DNA of 64,000 nucleotides, taken from positions 117,924,001 through 117,988,000 of the forward strand of contig OZ024742.1 in assembly GCA_964016885.1 (NCBI GenBank), given 5' to 3'. The notes under the pieces are model-generated. The model worked only from the letters and a program-made list of their open reading frames with translations, was not told where the DNA came from and did no database searches. Position numbers and translations under genes: made by a program. Origin of the DNA: Eledone cirrhosa (taxonomy: Eukaryota). Below are positions 1 through 12,707 of this stretch, piece by piece (positions within the stretch are counted from its first letter, which is position 1; every line of letters begins with the position of its first letter).

Positions 1-116
1 ACATGCACAGTTATAAAGAACTCAAAACTAGACAGATATGATTTTGATAGTTTGCCAGATTAAGCAGCGTGAATCGTAATCTTCAAATGTCTCTTCAGGT
101 TGATTTAAACTACAGG

Positions 117-179
117 CATACATACATACATACATACATACATACATACATACATACATACATACATACATACATACAT
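117..179. repeat. (CATA)n microsatellite, 5' flank of R4-type LINE
   Basis: Perfect CATA tandem array directly abutting the truncated LINE 5' end. Confidence 0.97.
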
Positions 180-2824
180 TTGGAGAAAAATATGGAGTGA
201 AAAGAAGAATTTCAACCAAGATGCAGTGTGGCTAAGAGAAATCCGAAAGAACTACTGCTCCTACACTACAACAAAAAACATACGAAATAAGTGAGGGTAC
301 CCTTGAGACTGTGATAGGAAAACTCCAAGACAAGAAAACACCAGGAAGAGACATGATTATTGGCTACTGGTACAAAAAACTGATATTCTATCGGAGGTAT
401 CTTACTGACCTCTACCAACAAGTTCTTATATCAGAATGGTTGACATTAGCACAAACATTACTGGTCCCCAAGAACAAAGACACCCACTTGGCAAAAAACT
501 ACCGACCCATTGCATGCCAGAACCTGATGTATAAGATGTATACAGCCTGCCTGAACCTATTCCTCCAAGATCACTGTGAAAATAATAACATCATCACAGA
601 TGAACAAGTAAGGGAAAGAAAGGGGTTTAGGTATGTGCTAAACAACTCCTAATCAACAAAACTGCGATGTCGGAGGTGCGACAACTTAGGAGGAATATGA
701 CTGGCTGGACTACAGGAAAGCTTTCGATTCTGTTCCCCACTCTTGGATGATAGAGGCCCTCCAATTTGCTAAAGACCCAGACATTAATGTCAGAGCCATA
801 GAGAGGCTGTCTTCTTCTTGGGCTACTATCCTAAGGTTAAAGACAGAGAGGGAGGCCTCTATTTTCACTGATAAAATAAAAATGTTGCAGGGGTATATTT
901 CAGGGGGACAGTCTCTCTGTGATATTATTCATATTGTCATTAAACCCCTTGTCCTTTCTGCTCAAAAAATGTGAGGGATACATCATTGGCTCACAGGAGG
1001 ACAGAAATACGAACCTAACCCATAATTTCTTTGTGGACGATCTGAAACTCTATGCCAAGAACATGGATGGGATGAAGAAAAATCTTGACCTGGTTACAAC
1101 GTTCTCAAAGGATATAGGAATGGAGTTTGGCCAAGATAAATGCTCATACATGACTGTAAAGCGGGGAAAAACAACAACCCAATCTAGCAACATTGTTATC
1201 AAAGGCCTAACTGTTTCACCGATATCTGATGAGGACTGCTACGGATATCTGGGGATAGATGAGAACATATCCTATCATGGTACCTGTAATAAAGAATGCG
1301 TAACCAGTGAATACTACACCCGATTAAGAAAGATCTGGTCATTGGAACTCTCTGCGCAGAACAAAACAGTGGCTCACAATGTGTTTGCTGTGCCTGCCCT
1401 AACACCAACGTTTGGAATACTCAGTTGGACGATAGACGAAATCTGAGCAGTTGATGTTGGAACTCGAAAAATACTGAACAACACCGGAAACTTCCACATC
1501 AACAGTAACATAAACCGCCTTTACTTGAAACGTAAGCAGGGAGGCAGAGGCCTAACATCAGTCCAGACAACATTTGAATGTCGCATCATATCTCTCCGAC
1601 AACATCTACGAACCTCGAAGCGTAGGAGCCCGTTTCTCGAGCAAGTCTATCTGCATGAAACAGATAAGATCATGAGAGTTGGGAAGGAACTCCTCGAGAG
1701 ATATTCCCTGTGTGATAATCAAAAACTCATACCCAGGGATGTCGCTTAGCAGTATCGCAGTGAATCCATGGATGAAAAACTGCATGCCTATCAGCAAAAG
1801 ATCATGCCATGGATATATTGCCAGAAAGCTCCAGAGTGAGAGTAATATAGATAAGGAAAGTAGTCTATCTTGGACCAACAACCGCTATATTGGCTCCCAC
1901 TTTGAAGGATACGCTTTTGCAATCCAAGAACAGGAAATTAACACGAAATACCTGATTCACAAAAGAGATAGGGATGCAGGCAAAACACCTAGATGTGATA
2001 ACAAGTGCAGACTCTCCAGAATTAACATCGAAGATATCACTCATATCATCAGAAGCTGTCAAAAGATGTCATCGCGGTACTATCAACCTATGAGGCATGA
2101 TGTAGTGGCCAAAACACTGTACAATGCAGTTCGTAAAAAAGATAGCCCCGATAATAAACACATTAAAAGCTTCAACAATGTAGAAGACATCCATGTACAT
2201 AATATGAAAGAGTACTGTTGGAATGTTCCAGTAAAAATTCCAATAAAATGCAGGCATAACAGACCAGATATTATGATATGGGACAGGGAGAAGAAAGCAT
2301 GCACAGTAGTGGAAATTAGCTGCGCAGCAGATGCCAATATAATATCAAAGATTAGCGAAAAGGAGAATATTTATGCAGAACTAATGAGAAATCTGCAGAT
2401 ACTCCACCCTGATTACACCTTCAGATTTATGCCTGTGATTATTGGGGCACTGGGGTATGTTAGTAACTGCCTCAATACAAATCTTGAGAAGCTAGGCTTC
2501 ACAGAAACAAAAAGAACACAACTAGTTAGGAAATTACAAGTACAACCAATTAGTGGAACAGTAAAAATATGTAAAACATTCCAAACAATTTGCATCTAAT
2601 AACTGCTTATACACATTTACAGATACAAAGCATATACACATGCACACATACAACTCAAAACATACACATCCACGCATACAATAACATCCATATCTACACA
2701 TGCATACATAAATATGTACCTAGTTGATGTTGTGTAAATTCCAATGAGAGAGTCTTGTGTCTATGTTAGCAACCGACTCTCTCTCTATTGGGAAAAAATT
2801 TGTGAAATTATAAAACCAGAAGAA
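180..2824 (+). mobile_element. 5'-truncated R4/Dong-clade non-LTR retrotransposon (RT + CCHC + RLE), frameshifted
   Basis: FWRKIW..N..A.W, NYRPIAC, DYRKAFDSVPHSW, GIFQGDSLS, FFVDDLKLY, RKQGGRGL, CxxS/C-H-C knuckle (KCRLS..EDITHIIRSC), RHD, RPDI..VVEIS..K..Y RLE motifs spread over ORFs 311-652, 919-1446, 1525-1749, 1679-2599; 3' UTR 2600-2824. Confidence 0.92.
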
Positions 2825-3042
2825 CATACATACATGCATACATAATACATACATACATACATACATACATACATACATACATACATACATACATACATAC
2901 ATACATACATACATACATACATACGCACATACATACATACATACACACATACATACATACATACATACATACATACATACACACATACATACATACATAC
3001 ATACATACATACATACATACATACATACATACATACATACAT
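2825..3042. repeat. (CATA)n microsatellite, 3' flank of R4-type LINE
   Basis: About 54 CATA units with few interruptions. Confidence 0.97.
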
Positions 3043-3367
3043 GGCTAATTAGAAGGTTACAAGTATTGTTCATTAATAAAACAGTAAAAATATGTAAAAC
3101 ATTTCAGAAATTCAGCATGTAATAACTGCATAGGTACAGAAATATATACACATTTATACATATAACTCAAAATATTCAGATTTTACACATGCATTAACAT
3201 CCATGCCTGCACACACAAGTGCGCGCGCACACACACGCACACACGCATACATGCACGCGCACACATATACAAACATACATACGTATTACCTAGTTGATGT
3301 CTCAATTCCAATGAATCCTGTTTCTATATTAGAAACCGTCTCTCTCACTGTTGGTGAAACTGAATAA
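3043..3367 (+). mobile_element. Second, diverged 3' fragment of a related R4/Dong element
   Basis: LIRRLQVLFINKTVKICKTFQKF* parallels LVRKLQVQPISGTVKICKTFQTI* of the first copy; shared 3' UTR block cctagttgatgt...attccaatga...aaccg.ctctctc. Confidence 0.85.
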
Positions 3368-3537
3368 AATAATTGTTTCTACTTTTGGCACAAGGCCAGC
3401 AATTACTCAGTACATTACTGGTACTTTATTTTATCGACCCCGTAAGGATGAAAGGCAAAGTTAACCTCGATGGGATTTGAACTCAGACCGTAAAGGGACG
3501 TAACTATGTTAGAAAGCATGGTGTCCAATCCTCCGAT
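3368..3537 (-). mobile_element. tRNA-derived Meta-type SINE (5'-truncated)
   Basis: B-box GAGTTCAAATCCC, central gcctttcatccttacggggtcgataaaataaagtaccagt, tail ggccttgtgccaaaagtagaaacaattatt. Confidence 0.9.
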
Positions 3538-4817
3538 CATATATACATACAACTTATTTATGTCTGTTTATTTACTATTCATCAGATACACCAGCAAATG
3601 TGTTACTTAAAACAAAAAACGAACACACTCACATGCATACACAAACATAATTTGAGGTTTTTGTTTATTATTAATCTCTCTGCTGCTTTTAATATGGCAC
3701 TCTTTTTCTTAAAATGCCAAGCGGATAATACTATCCTAAGTAGTAAATACTTTGATACTAAAATAGTCTTCTAACAATAATCTTGATGCCTTGACGTAAC
3801 TGCCAACCTTAACAAAATCTTTATGTAGGATGGCGACCGGTCAATGCTATATTTTTTACGAAAAGATTTCGTTGCTTTCTTTTCGGAAGCTTGCCATAAC
3901 CTTTTGTTTCCTGATATTCTCAAGGGTAGGATGCAAGAAAATAATTGCTATACGTTTTTACATATGTAAACTAGTGACTGGGTATGTTTGAATCAAACAC
4001 ACCGATCCTCAAAGTTATCTAATTTAGATGTCTATTGGGTAATTTCAAGTCAAGTAATAGATATGCTCTCCTGTCCGTCTTCAGTTTGTATTTTACAGAC
4101 GTATGTAATTTCCTCATATCTTCAGTGAAATAGGTGTATTTATTTTTCCGTTAAAGAAATTGTATTTAGAATACAATCTGTATTCTGATGTTGAAGGACA
4201 AAGCTTGATACAGATTTTTAGAATGTAATTGGCAGGTAGTTGGCAAAAACACGTATTAATGTTTTGTTCTAACTCTTCTTAGCTTTTGGATTTGCACTTT
4301 TGTCATAACCCAAATTATTTCTTTAGATTAACAAAACCAACATTTTAGCAAAAGGATAAGAAATCAACGCAGTTGATGCTTATACTTTGCTTATAATTAC
4401 TTATCAAACCTTACAAATCAATGAAAACATTATTTGGAAGTGTAGGGAAGAAATAATATATTCAAGCCATTAAGTTCTAAAGGTTTTCACCAAATTATTA
4501 CTTTTTAAAAACCTGTATCATACTTTGTTCTTCAGCATAACAATACCTTCCAATGTGACCCTTTAAAGAATCAAGATTTAGCATGTATTGTTTATGCTGA
4601 GCAGTTAACTCCTAAACTTAAAAAAGAAAGGGGACACAGCTAATTAGTAATCAATCTTACAGTCAATCAACAAAACTGTCTTCAAAAAGTATATGAAAAT
4701 TCAATATTTCAAATATTTCCCAGGCAAATATAGCGCCAAAGAAGCTAAAAAAAAAAAAGCGAAATAAATAGATAGATAAAAAAGAAAATTGATAGAAGTT
4801 ATGTTTTGATATAATTA

Positions 4818-5009
4818 AATATTGTTTCTACTTTTGGCACAAGGCCAGCAATTATATCAGTGCATTACTGGTACTTTATTTTATCGCCCCTGTAAGGATG
4901 AAAGGCAAAGTTAACTTCGGCGGGATTTGAACGCAGGCCATAAAGGGCCATAACTCCATGCTGCAAAGCATGGCGTCCGACCCTCCACCGACACTGCCAA
5001 TTCACCGTC
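4818..5009 (-). mobile_element. Meta-type SINE, near full length
   Basis: Same family consensus, including A-box-like ttggcagtgtcggtgg. Confidence 0.9.
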
Positions 5010-5096
5010 AATATTAAATAGCGTTACTTTCCTCAACACAAAACCGTTTATGTAAGAAAAAAGAGATATAAATAATTGATTCTGTTCCAGTAGAAA

Positions 5097-5279
5097 AATA
5101 ATTGTTTCTACTTTTGGCACATGGCCAGCAATTATCCCAGTGTATTACTGGTACTTTATTTTATCGACCCTGTAAGGATGAAAGGCAAAGTTAACCTCGG
5201 CGGGATTTGAACTCAGACCATAAAGGGCCGTAACTCTTTGCTTCAAAGCATGGTGTCCGACCCTCTACCGATACTGCCA
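5097..5279 (-). mobile_element. Meta-type SINE with TSD agaaaaataat
   Basis: Family consensus; flanking direct repeat. Confidence 0.9.
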
Positions 5280-5667
5280 GAAAAATAATACAATACAGTA
5301 TATCTCAGTGTAACTAATTAGTTAAGGATAAGAAGTCTATTTATATGCTCTTTATTTAAAATATATTTATTCGCTTCAGATATATTTAGTATATCTGAAG
5401 CGAATAAACATAACTTCTATCAATTTTCTTTTTTATCTATCTATAGTAGTTTTAGTGATTTTCAGATCTCTTGAAATTCGTTACGTGCTTCATTCAACTA
5501 CAAAGGCACTCAAGATAGTGAATCTGATATCAGTAGATATAATGAATTTTAACCTGAAATAAAATCCCTCTTCACAAAAACAAAGGAACAAAATTTCGTA
5601 AATATTTTATGAATATTGTTAAATTTTAAGAAGCATTCCCAATAGAATTTTAGCATTATATATAATT

Positions 5668-5700
5668 ACTAGCTAAATAACCCGGCGTTGCCCTGGTTAC
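5668..5700 (+). mobile_element. Possible Helentron/Helitron non-autonomous terminus
   Basis: actagctaaataacccggcgttgccctgg resembles the ACTAG..CCCGGCGTTGCCCGG ends of HINE/Helentron-like elements; rest of element not delimited. Confidence 0.35.
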
Positions 5701-5997
5701 TGCTGTATTCAGATTAGTTTAATGCAAGTCATAACTCGATTAATACGAGTCTGAGGAAGGAAGATTGCATAAATAATCATCTAATTGTTCCTGTATAGAT
5801 GTTATATCATAGGTATAAATGGGAAACAGATAGAGTATGTGTCTATGTATGGACATATAACTCCTGATAGAGTCATAGGGACGCCACTGTAACAATGTTT
5901 TGAGCATTTTTAAAACCTGGTCGGAACACAGCAGATTCCACCCAGATAAAGAGAGAGGGAGAATGAAAAGGGAAGTAAAAAAGAGACGGAGAGAATG

Positions 5998-6095
5998 AAT
6001 CGACCGCGGCAGGATGAAAGTCAAATGTGACTTCAGCAGGAACGAATACCTCAAAGAATTATGTCCGACCTTCTAACGACTCCGCCAATTCACCT
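5998..6095 (-). mobile_element. Old degenerate copy of the Meta-type SINE
   Basis: atcgacc..aggatgaaagtcaaa and tccgaccttctaacgactccgccaattcacc. Confidence 0.65.
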
Positions 6096-6150
6096 AAAAG
6101 TAGATATACCTTAAGTTAAAATAACTTTTCCAATAAATATCATGAAAAGA

Positions 6151-6637
6151 AATAATTATTTCTACTTTTGGCACAAGGCCAGCAATTACGCCAGTGCATT
6201 ACTGGTACTTTATTTTATCGACCCTGTAAGGATGAAAGGCAAAGTTAACCTCGGCGGGATTTGAACTCAGACCGTAAAGGGTCGTAACTCTATGCTGTAA
6301 ACGATGGCATCCAACCCTCTACCGAGACTACCAATCATGAAAAGAAATAATTGTTTCTACTTTTGGCACAAGGCCAGCAATTATGCCAGTGTATTACTGG
6401 TACTTTATTTTATCGACCCGTAAGGATGAAAGGCAAAGTTAACCTCGGCGGGATTTGAACTCAGACCATAAAGGGCCGTAACTCTTTGCTGCAAAGCATG
6501 GCGTTCAACCCTCTACTGATACTGCCAATCCACCGCCCCGAAAAGAAATAATTGTTTCTACTTTTGGCACAAGGCCAGCAATTACCCAGTACATTACTGG
6601 TACTTTATTTTATCGACCCCGTGAGGATGAAAGGCAG
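6151..6637 (-). mobile_element. Tandem trimer of Meta-type SINE (6151-6335, 6346-6537, 6547-6637)
   Basis: Three copies, each preceded by (cat)gaaaagaaataat. Confidence 0.9.
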
Positions 6638-6719
6638 ACAATAACACCGGAGCTCTACTTATATGTATTATTCAGTATTTATAAAGTAACTTCACTTGAT
6701 CACTTAACATCAGTTTCTT

Positions 6720-6732
6720 ACTACTACTATTT

Positions 6733-6775
<43 letters not shown>

Positions 6776-6782
6776 CACTACC

Positions 6783-6813
<31 letters not shown>

Positions 6814-6880
6814 CTTCTTCTTCTTCTTCTTCTTCTTCTTCTTCTTCTTCTTCTTCTTCTTCTTCTTCTTCTTCTTCTTC
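6720..6880. repeat. Compound (CTA)n/(CTT)n microsatellite
   Basis: Direct reading. Confidence 0.95.
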
Positions 6881-9800
6881 TATAAAAAAAAAATAAACGA
6901 AAAGTAATTATAAGGACTTTTTTGTATGCTTCAAAAATTATTATAACATTTAAAGGCACTTAAGAATTAGACTTCGTCTGCATCTTGACTTTAATTTACA
7001 GAGGAAAAAACAGTTTCATAGCACTGAAATTTCCGATTACATTGACCATTACAAATTGTTTTGTCAATTTCGATATGAAAACTCTTTTTCATAAAGATCA
7101 TTACACTTCATTATTCTCAAAAATAGAAACAATTATTCTAACACTAATCTTAATTTAGAAATCATTCGGTCATTTATGATTTAAATATTCTATATTCAGG
7201 AGTCATGCCTATGATTCATTTACAAAAGTTCCATTTAATTAAATTTGTGCATTTATTAGCAAGTCATTAAGTTAAAACAGTGAACCTCAATTATTAAAAT
7301 ACGAATTCTTTAAGTATTTTATTCTTAATCAAGATAATTTATCATTCCAAACCTTGATTTTGTATGTTTTCACGTCATAAATTCACTTCATTTTTTACAT
7401 TATGCATGAATTTCGAAATATTAAAATAAAAATATAAAATGTATTGATAATATTTCTTCTTACTAAGCACAAATATTCCATTGTATTAATGATATATGGT
7501 AATTTACTTCAGCTTTCATATGTCTGTTGCTTTTGTAAGGATAAGGGATAAGAAAATGATTGTTCTACGTAGGTCTTCATATCTATAGGACAGTTAAAAC
7601 ATACGCTATTGCCCATCAATCATACTAAGCATCTAAGAAGTATTGATTCTTTACATAAACATAAAACATATCTGACAAAAATAAAACTGCTTACGTGACG
7701 CTCATGTTTCTCTCGGGGAATTATCGACATATAAATTAGCTGGAAAGTTTCAAACGGGAATTGTAACTGGATATAGTACTTGGTTCGTTATGAATCGTAT
7801 ACTTATCCAAGTCGAAATGTGGTGTGTGAATGGTGGGAAACAAAATGATTGGAGAAGGACAATGTTTGAGGAATTATTCAGAGAGCGTGTAAAATGGAGT
7901 TGTAAACAAAGGACGCTAACATCTGATAGCTTTTTTTCAGTGGATATAATGCAATTATTCAAAAGTAAAGAAACGTTATAGGGAACTGGAAAATCGCCGA
8001 AAAATTATAAGTTACTATTTAGTAATTCTCCTTATAGAGTATCCTCAAATTGCACTGCAAACACATCTGCAAATGTTTACTATTGTCTAAGAAGGAACAA
8101 AACTGGATTTTACTAAGTTCAAATTTTATATAAACTCCGCCATACTGCATTTCCATAGATACATTACATAACGACAACATCTTCAATGTTACCTTCACAA
8201 TTCAATATATTATAGGAATCACCATTAGTAGATGACTTTAAATCAATGTATAATAATAGCACATAAATATTTACTATCTGGATAATTTCATTAGGAACTG
8301 GAAAATGATTGAATAAATGTTCTTCTAATAGAAATGTCTAATAAATGTTCTTCTAATGGAAATGTCATAACTGATCGTCTATACCTGTCATATACTAAAT
8401 TACGCTAATTTGGAAAACGATGAAATCGGTGTCAAAGATGTAACGGAATGACCAGTAGAACCTCCAAAATTCTTTTTAAAACAAGTATACTTTGATAAAC
8501 CAGTTATGTGACGTAAACTGTTAGCTTAGTATCTAAACTAAGAAAATATCAAGTTCAATATTTCTTATGGAAATTACTGTGCCTCACTATATATAATCCT
8601 CGGGTTTATATATACTTTTGAGAGCTTACAAAGCATTGACGTACATGCTATCAACCATGCTTACAATAATGTTTTATTGTAAATCTATAAAGTTTTAGAT
8701 TCCAGGAGAGGAATTCAACATTGCATTATGGTCCCTCTGAAGAGCATTGTCGGTGAAGCTAAATTGACATGACAACCAAAATTTAAAACTGCGTTATAAA
8801 CTATACCTCTCAAACTCTTACATGTTATGCACAACACTCACTAGATTTCTTCAGAGATTTATGAAGCGGAAAATGAGATAAGATGTAGATGTATTTCTTT
8901 AAGGTATCTTCTAAGAATTCTGTTCAGTGGTATCAGACACAATGTTTATGTAACTAATGATTTTTTCAGACTAGGCACACAAAACCAACCTGCATTTTTA
9001 AGGAACAGACAATGGGAACTTGTGAAACGTATTCCTTTCTCTAGATGGATTAGCACGGTTTATGAATTGAAATACCTCCAAATTATGCTGGATGTCAGAT
9101 GTCTCATTTTTTTTAAACACAAAGCTAATCGTTTTTCTTATGTACTAACCCAATGTGTTAGATATAGTCGATTGGATCTATTTTCGCATTTTATTTCTAG
9201 AATATACTCTATGATTCTGAAGGAATAGAAGACAAAATCCATACCAATGCTTCAGCTCACCTTATTGTTTGGTAAATGTAAACAAAAGAAAAACTAAGAA
9301 AAACAGAAACATAATTCATATTTTAAGAATCTTCTAGAAGTATGTATTAATATCATTAGATTTATTTGTTATTTGTTGTAATATCAGAATATAATCGTCT
9401 ATTGTAATCTGATCTGAGTCATACGATGGAAAGAAAAAATACATGTCAATATTCTAATGTTAAATATAACTTATCTATAAAACAAGCTGTTATCAAACAG
9501 TTGTAGAATCTTTGATCTCAGATAGTTTAACTTACACTCTTCAGAAGGCGTAGCAGCATCAATAAATCATGAAGTATATAGTAACAGATGTTAATAACTT
9601 CACCAGCCTATGCAAATTATAGAGAAACAAATTTACCAAGAGTCTTAACGTAAGTTCTAAAAAGTACGAAAACCTATGTTACTTCTAGAAAATGTTTGGT
9701 ATATACGTATCTATTTTCATGTATTTTAAAAATACATTTTCATTCGATGATTCTGTATCAAATGCAGCAATTAAATTGTGTACATCAAATATCTTTAATT

Positions 9801-10020
9801 AAGTAGTCATTCGAGGAATCACATTTCTATTTATTCATTTAGAAATCTGAAACCTGCCCGAAATGATATTTTCTTGTTAATGTATTATAGGAACTTTCAA
9901 TATGACCGGTAACATCGTATTTTGCTCTTGAGTTCAAATTCACTAGTGCTAATGCCTTTAGGAAAACATGAGCGGTGCAACATATCATTCTTTACTTCCT
10001 TTATAAGTAGCTTATTGCTG

Positions 10021-10097
<77 letters not shown>

Positions 10098-10389
10098 GTA
10101 ATAGAGAGAAAAAAAAATGTTTCAGTAGAAAACGCTGAAGAGATTCTTTCAGTATAATATCAAAACATTTATAAAGTGGATATTTCCGCATTTAATAATA
10201 CCGGTTTCAGCATTATATGCTTTTTCAACTGCGGATATGCATAATGTTGCATATTTATAGGAATAATAAAAAGGGGAAGAAAAATTATTAGTTTTTACAT
10301 ACGCATTTAGAGATCAGAGTTCATATCTCTGTCCGTGTTTATCCTTTGTTCTCAGTTAGTTGGCTGACAGAAGTCATATATATATATAT

Positions 10390-10553
10390 GGAAGCCCTGA
10401 TGATTTCTCCCGAATGAAATAGTTCTAGTCCTGGAGAAGCCATTTCTATATTATATTTTAAATATTATATATTAAATATTAAATATTTATAGTCTGGTAT
10501 GTATTGAGTACCTTACTTACTGTGGTTACCCCCGATTGAACCCGAGATAACCT
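10390..10553 (+). mobile_element. PLE pLTR 3' end with degenerate hammerhead and tail (same family as 16157-18694)
   Basis: cctgatgatttctcccgaatgaaatagttctagtcctggagaagc plus tail gtattgagtaccttacttactgtggttacc, between microsatellites. Confidence 0.75.
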
Positions 10554-10631
10554 TGTGTGTGTATATATATTTGTCTGTGTGAGTGTTTGTTTGTGCATAT
10601 GTGTGTGTGTGTGCATATGTGTGTGTGTGTG

Positions 10632-10700
<69 letters not shown>

Positions 10701-11092
10701 CTGTGTGTGCATACTTGTTGTATGATAAGACGCAGTTTATATTAATGAGGTAGAAGTTCGACTGTGAGCTTTAGGTGGTTTCAGCTATTGACCTCTGCAA
10801 GCTTCTCCGTGGTCGTGCTTGTTTTTGCAAAAAAATAAGAGAGAAAGAACAATAACGTTCTGTTGGGTGTCTAGAATTGGTCCATTTTTTTCTTTCTCTA
10901 TTATTAATTGAAAAAAAAAATGTCTACCATCAAGAAGCTTGCAGAGGTTAAAAAATGAAACCGCTTATTACCTCGTGATTAGATCTCTACATCGTTAATA
11001 TAAACTATCCTGCGTCTTACTATGCAGTACAACTCTGATTTGTGGTCTACCCGGTCTTCACACGCACGTACACACACACACGCGCGCACACA

Positions 11093-11216
<124 letters not shown>

Positions 11217-11265
11217 CATATATATATAATATATAAGATCAAAAGATGGTTAAATGAGTTCCATG

Positions 11266-11336
11266 TATTTTATTATGCGCATTTCAAAAACAAATATCAT
11301 CATGCAATAACATTTGTGTTTTCATCAGATAAAATA
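11266..11336 (-). ncRNA. Minimal type I hammerhead ribozyme
   Basis: Minus strand: UAUUUUAU CUGAUGA [stem II] GAAA UGCGCA UA AUAAAAUA; palindromic stem III AUGCGCAU. Confidence 0.85.
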
Positions 11337-11403
11337 GGAAGACATGATATGAAGGTTAAAAACACTTGTGGATAGTGCTTTTAACCTTCATATCATGTCT
11401 TCC

Positions 11404-11474
11404 TATTTTATCTGATGAAAACACAAATGTTATTGCATGATGATATTTGTTTTTGAAATGAGCATAATAAAATA
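11404..11474 (+). ncRNA. Minimal type I hammerhead ribozyme (inverted partner)
   Basis: tattttat ctgatga aaacacaaatgttat..atgatatttgttttt gaaa tgagca ta ataaaata. Confidence 0.82.
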
Positions 11475-11619
11475 CTTGGAACTCATTTAACCATCTTTTG
11501 ATCTTATATATTATGTATACTCCGGTCCTACAAACTGTAGAGTGCTTCTTATCCGATATCTGCATTGCTTTATTGTACTACAATAAAACTCACCTCCTAC
11601 ATTATATATATATATATAG

Positions 11620-11806
11620 ATGAAAAGATTCTAGACCTCGACGTCTGAGCTCTGTTTCGACAGATAGATCGGATCTAGCCGTCGAAAAGGCCGGAGCCCA
11701 ACGGTCGTGGTCTTGAATCTTTTCATATTACCCATTCTACTACCCAAAGTATCGAGTACTCTGGTACGTTATGGTCTACCTGGTATCTTACCACACCCTC
11801 TCTGTT
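11620..11806. mobile_element. Fold-back PLE pLTR end with degenerate hammerhead 3' halves and tail
   Basis: Imperfect palindrome centred near 11670; tail aagtatcgagtactctggtacgttatggtc similar to 17832-17890. Confidence 0.65.
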
Positions 11807-11817
11807 TATATATTTAT

Positions 11818-11849
<32 letters not shown>

Positions 11850-11850
<1 letters not shown>

Positions 11851-11975
11851 CTATAAATGAGAGTGTGTGTGTGTATATGTGTATGTCTCCCAAAGGCCCC
11901 GAAACGGTGCATCATAGAGAAAAACGGTTTTCGTTTTCGAAATCTGTGTCCCAAGGAGAACGTTTTAGGTATCAA
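11850..11975 (+). mobile_element. Possible non-autonomous Helitron 5' end
   Basis: tatactataaatgagagt + (GT)n + aaacggtgcatc resembles common Helitron-N heads; no 3' end found. Confidence 0.3.
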
Positions 11976-12106
11976 AAATGAAATTGTTACGAGATATAAA
12001 TCAACTTCACCTCTCTTTATATATCTGTCTGTCTCTGTATTTTACGCTTTTCCCTTCTGTATATATCTTTACGACACTCTCTCACTCTCTTTCTATAACT
12101 TCTCCG

Positions 12107-12315
12107 GTTGTGGTGGTAGTAGTGGTGGTAGTGGTGGTGGTAGCGTTGGTGGTGGTGATGGTGAGTAGTAGTAGTGGTAATGGTGGTGGGGATAGTAGTA
12201 GTGGTAGTAGTGGTGGTCGAGGTAGTGGTGGCGGTGGTGGAGTGATGGTGGTAGTAGTAATGGTGGTGGTGGTGGTAGAAGTAGTAATAATGGTGGTAGT
12301 AGTAGTAGTAATGGC

Positions 12316-12390
<75 letters not shown>
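12107..12390. repeat. (GGT)n/(AGT)n trinucleotide tract
   Basis: Direct reading. Confidence 0.95.
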
Positions 12391-12391
<1 letters not shown>

Positions 12392-12590
12392 CCAGTCACT
12401 CCAAAAGGTAATAGGATTGATCAAATCCAAGCCTGCTTGAAAAAATCGATACTTTGGACTTCTTTCAATGTTTTGCATATTTTGGTCAAGACGAACAATC
12501 AGATTAATGCTTGAGGACGCTAGACTTCCCGTGGATAACAAGGGAGCTATTGATACAAGTTCAATAGGCACGATGGTGGAATCATTATTT

Positions 12591-12691
12591 GGGGTTAACT
12601 TTACCTTTCATCCTTACGGGGTCGATAAAATAAAGTACCAGTAATGCACTGGGTAATTGCTGGCCTTGTGCCAAAAGTATAGACAATTATT
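12591..12691 (+). mobile_element. Meta-type SINE 3' half
   Basis: Central domain and tail; TSD-like attattt. Confidence 0.88.
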
Positions 12692-12707
12692 TTATCTGAT
12701 AGAAAAA

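Larger units (their letters stand above)
11222..11602. mobile_element. Fold-back PLE pLTR: ~145 bp inverted arms plus one tail (11518-11602)
   Basis: Near-perfect palindrome centred on cact-tgtggat-agtg, flanked by (CA)n/(TA)n. Confidence 0.85.

Noticed and set aside
6960-10020. Host exons in unique AT-rich stretches (also 33000-34500 and 62200-64000)
   Set aside because: Only short ORFs with no recognisable domains. Small exons cannot be excluded without transcript data.
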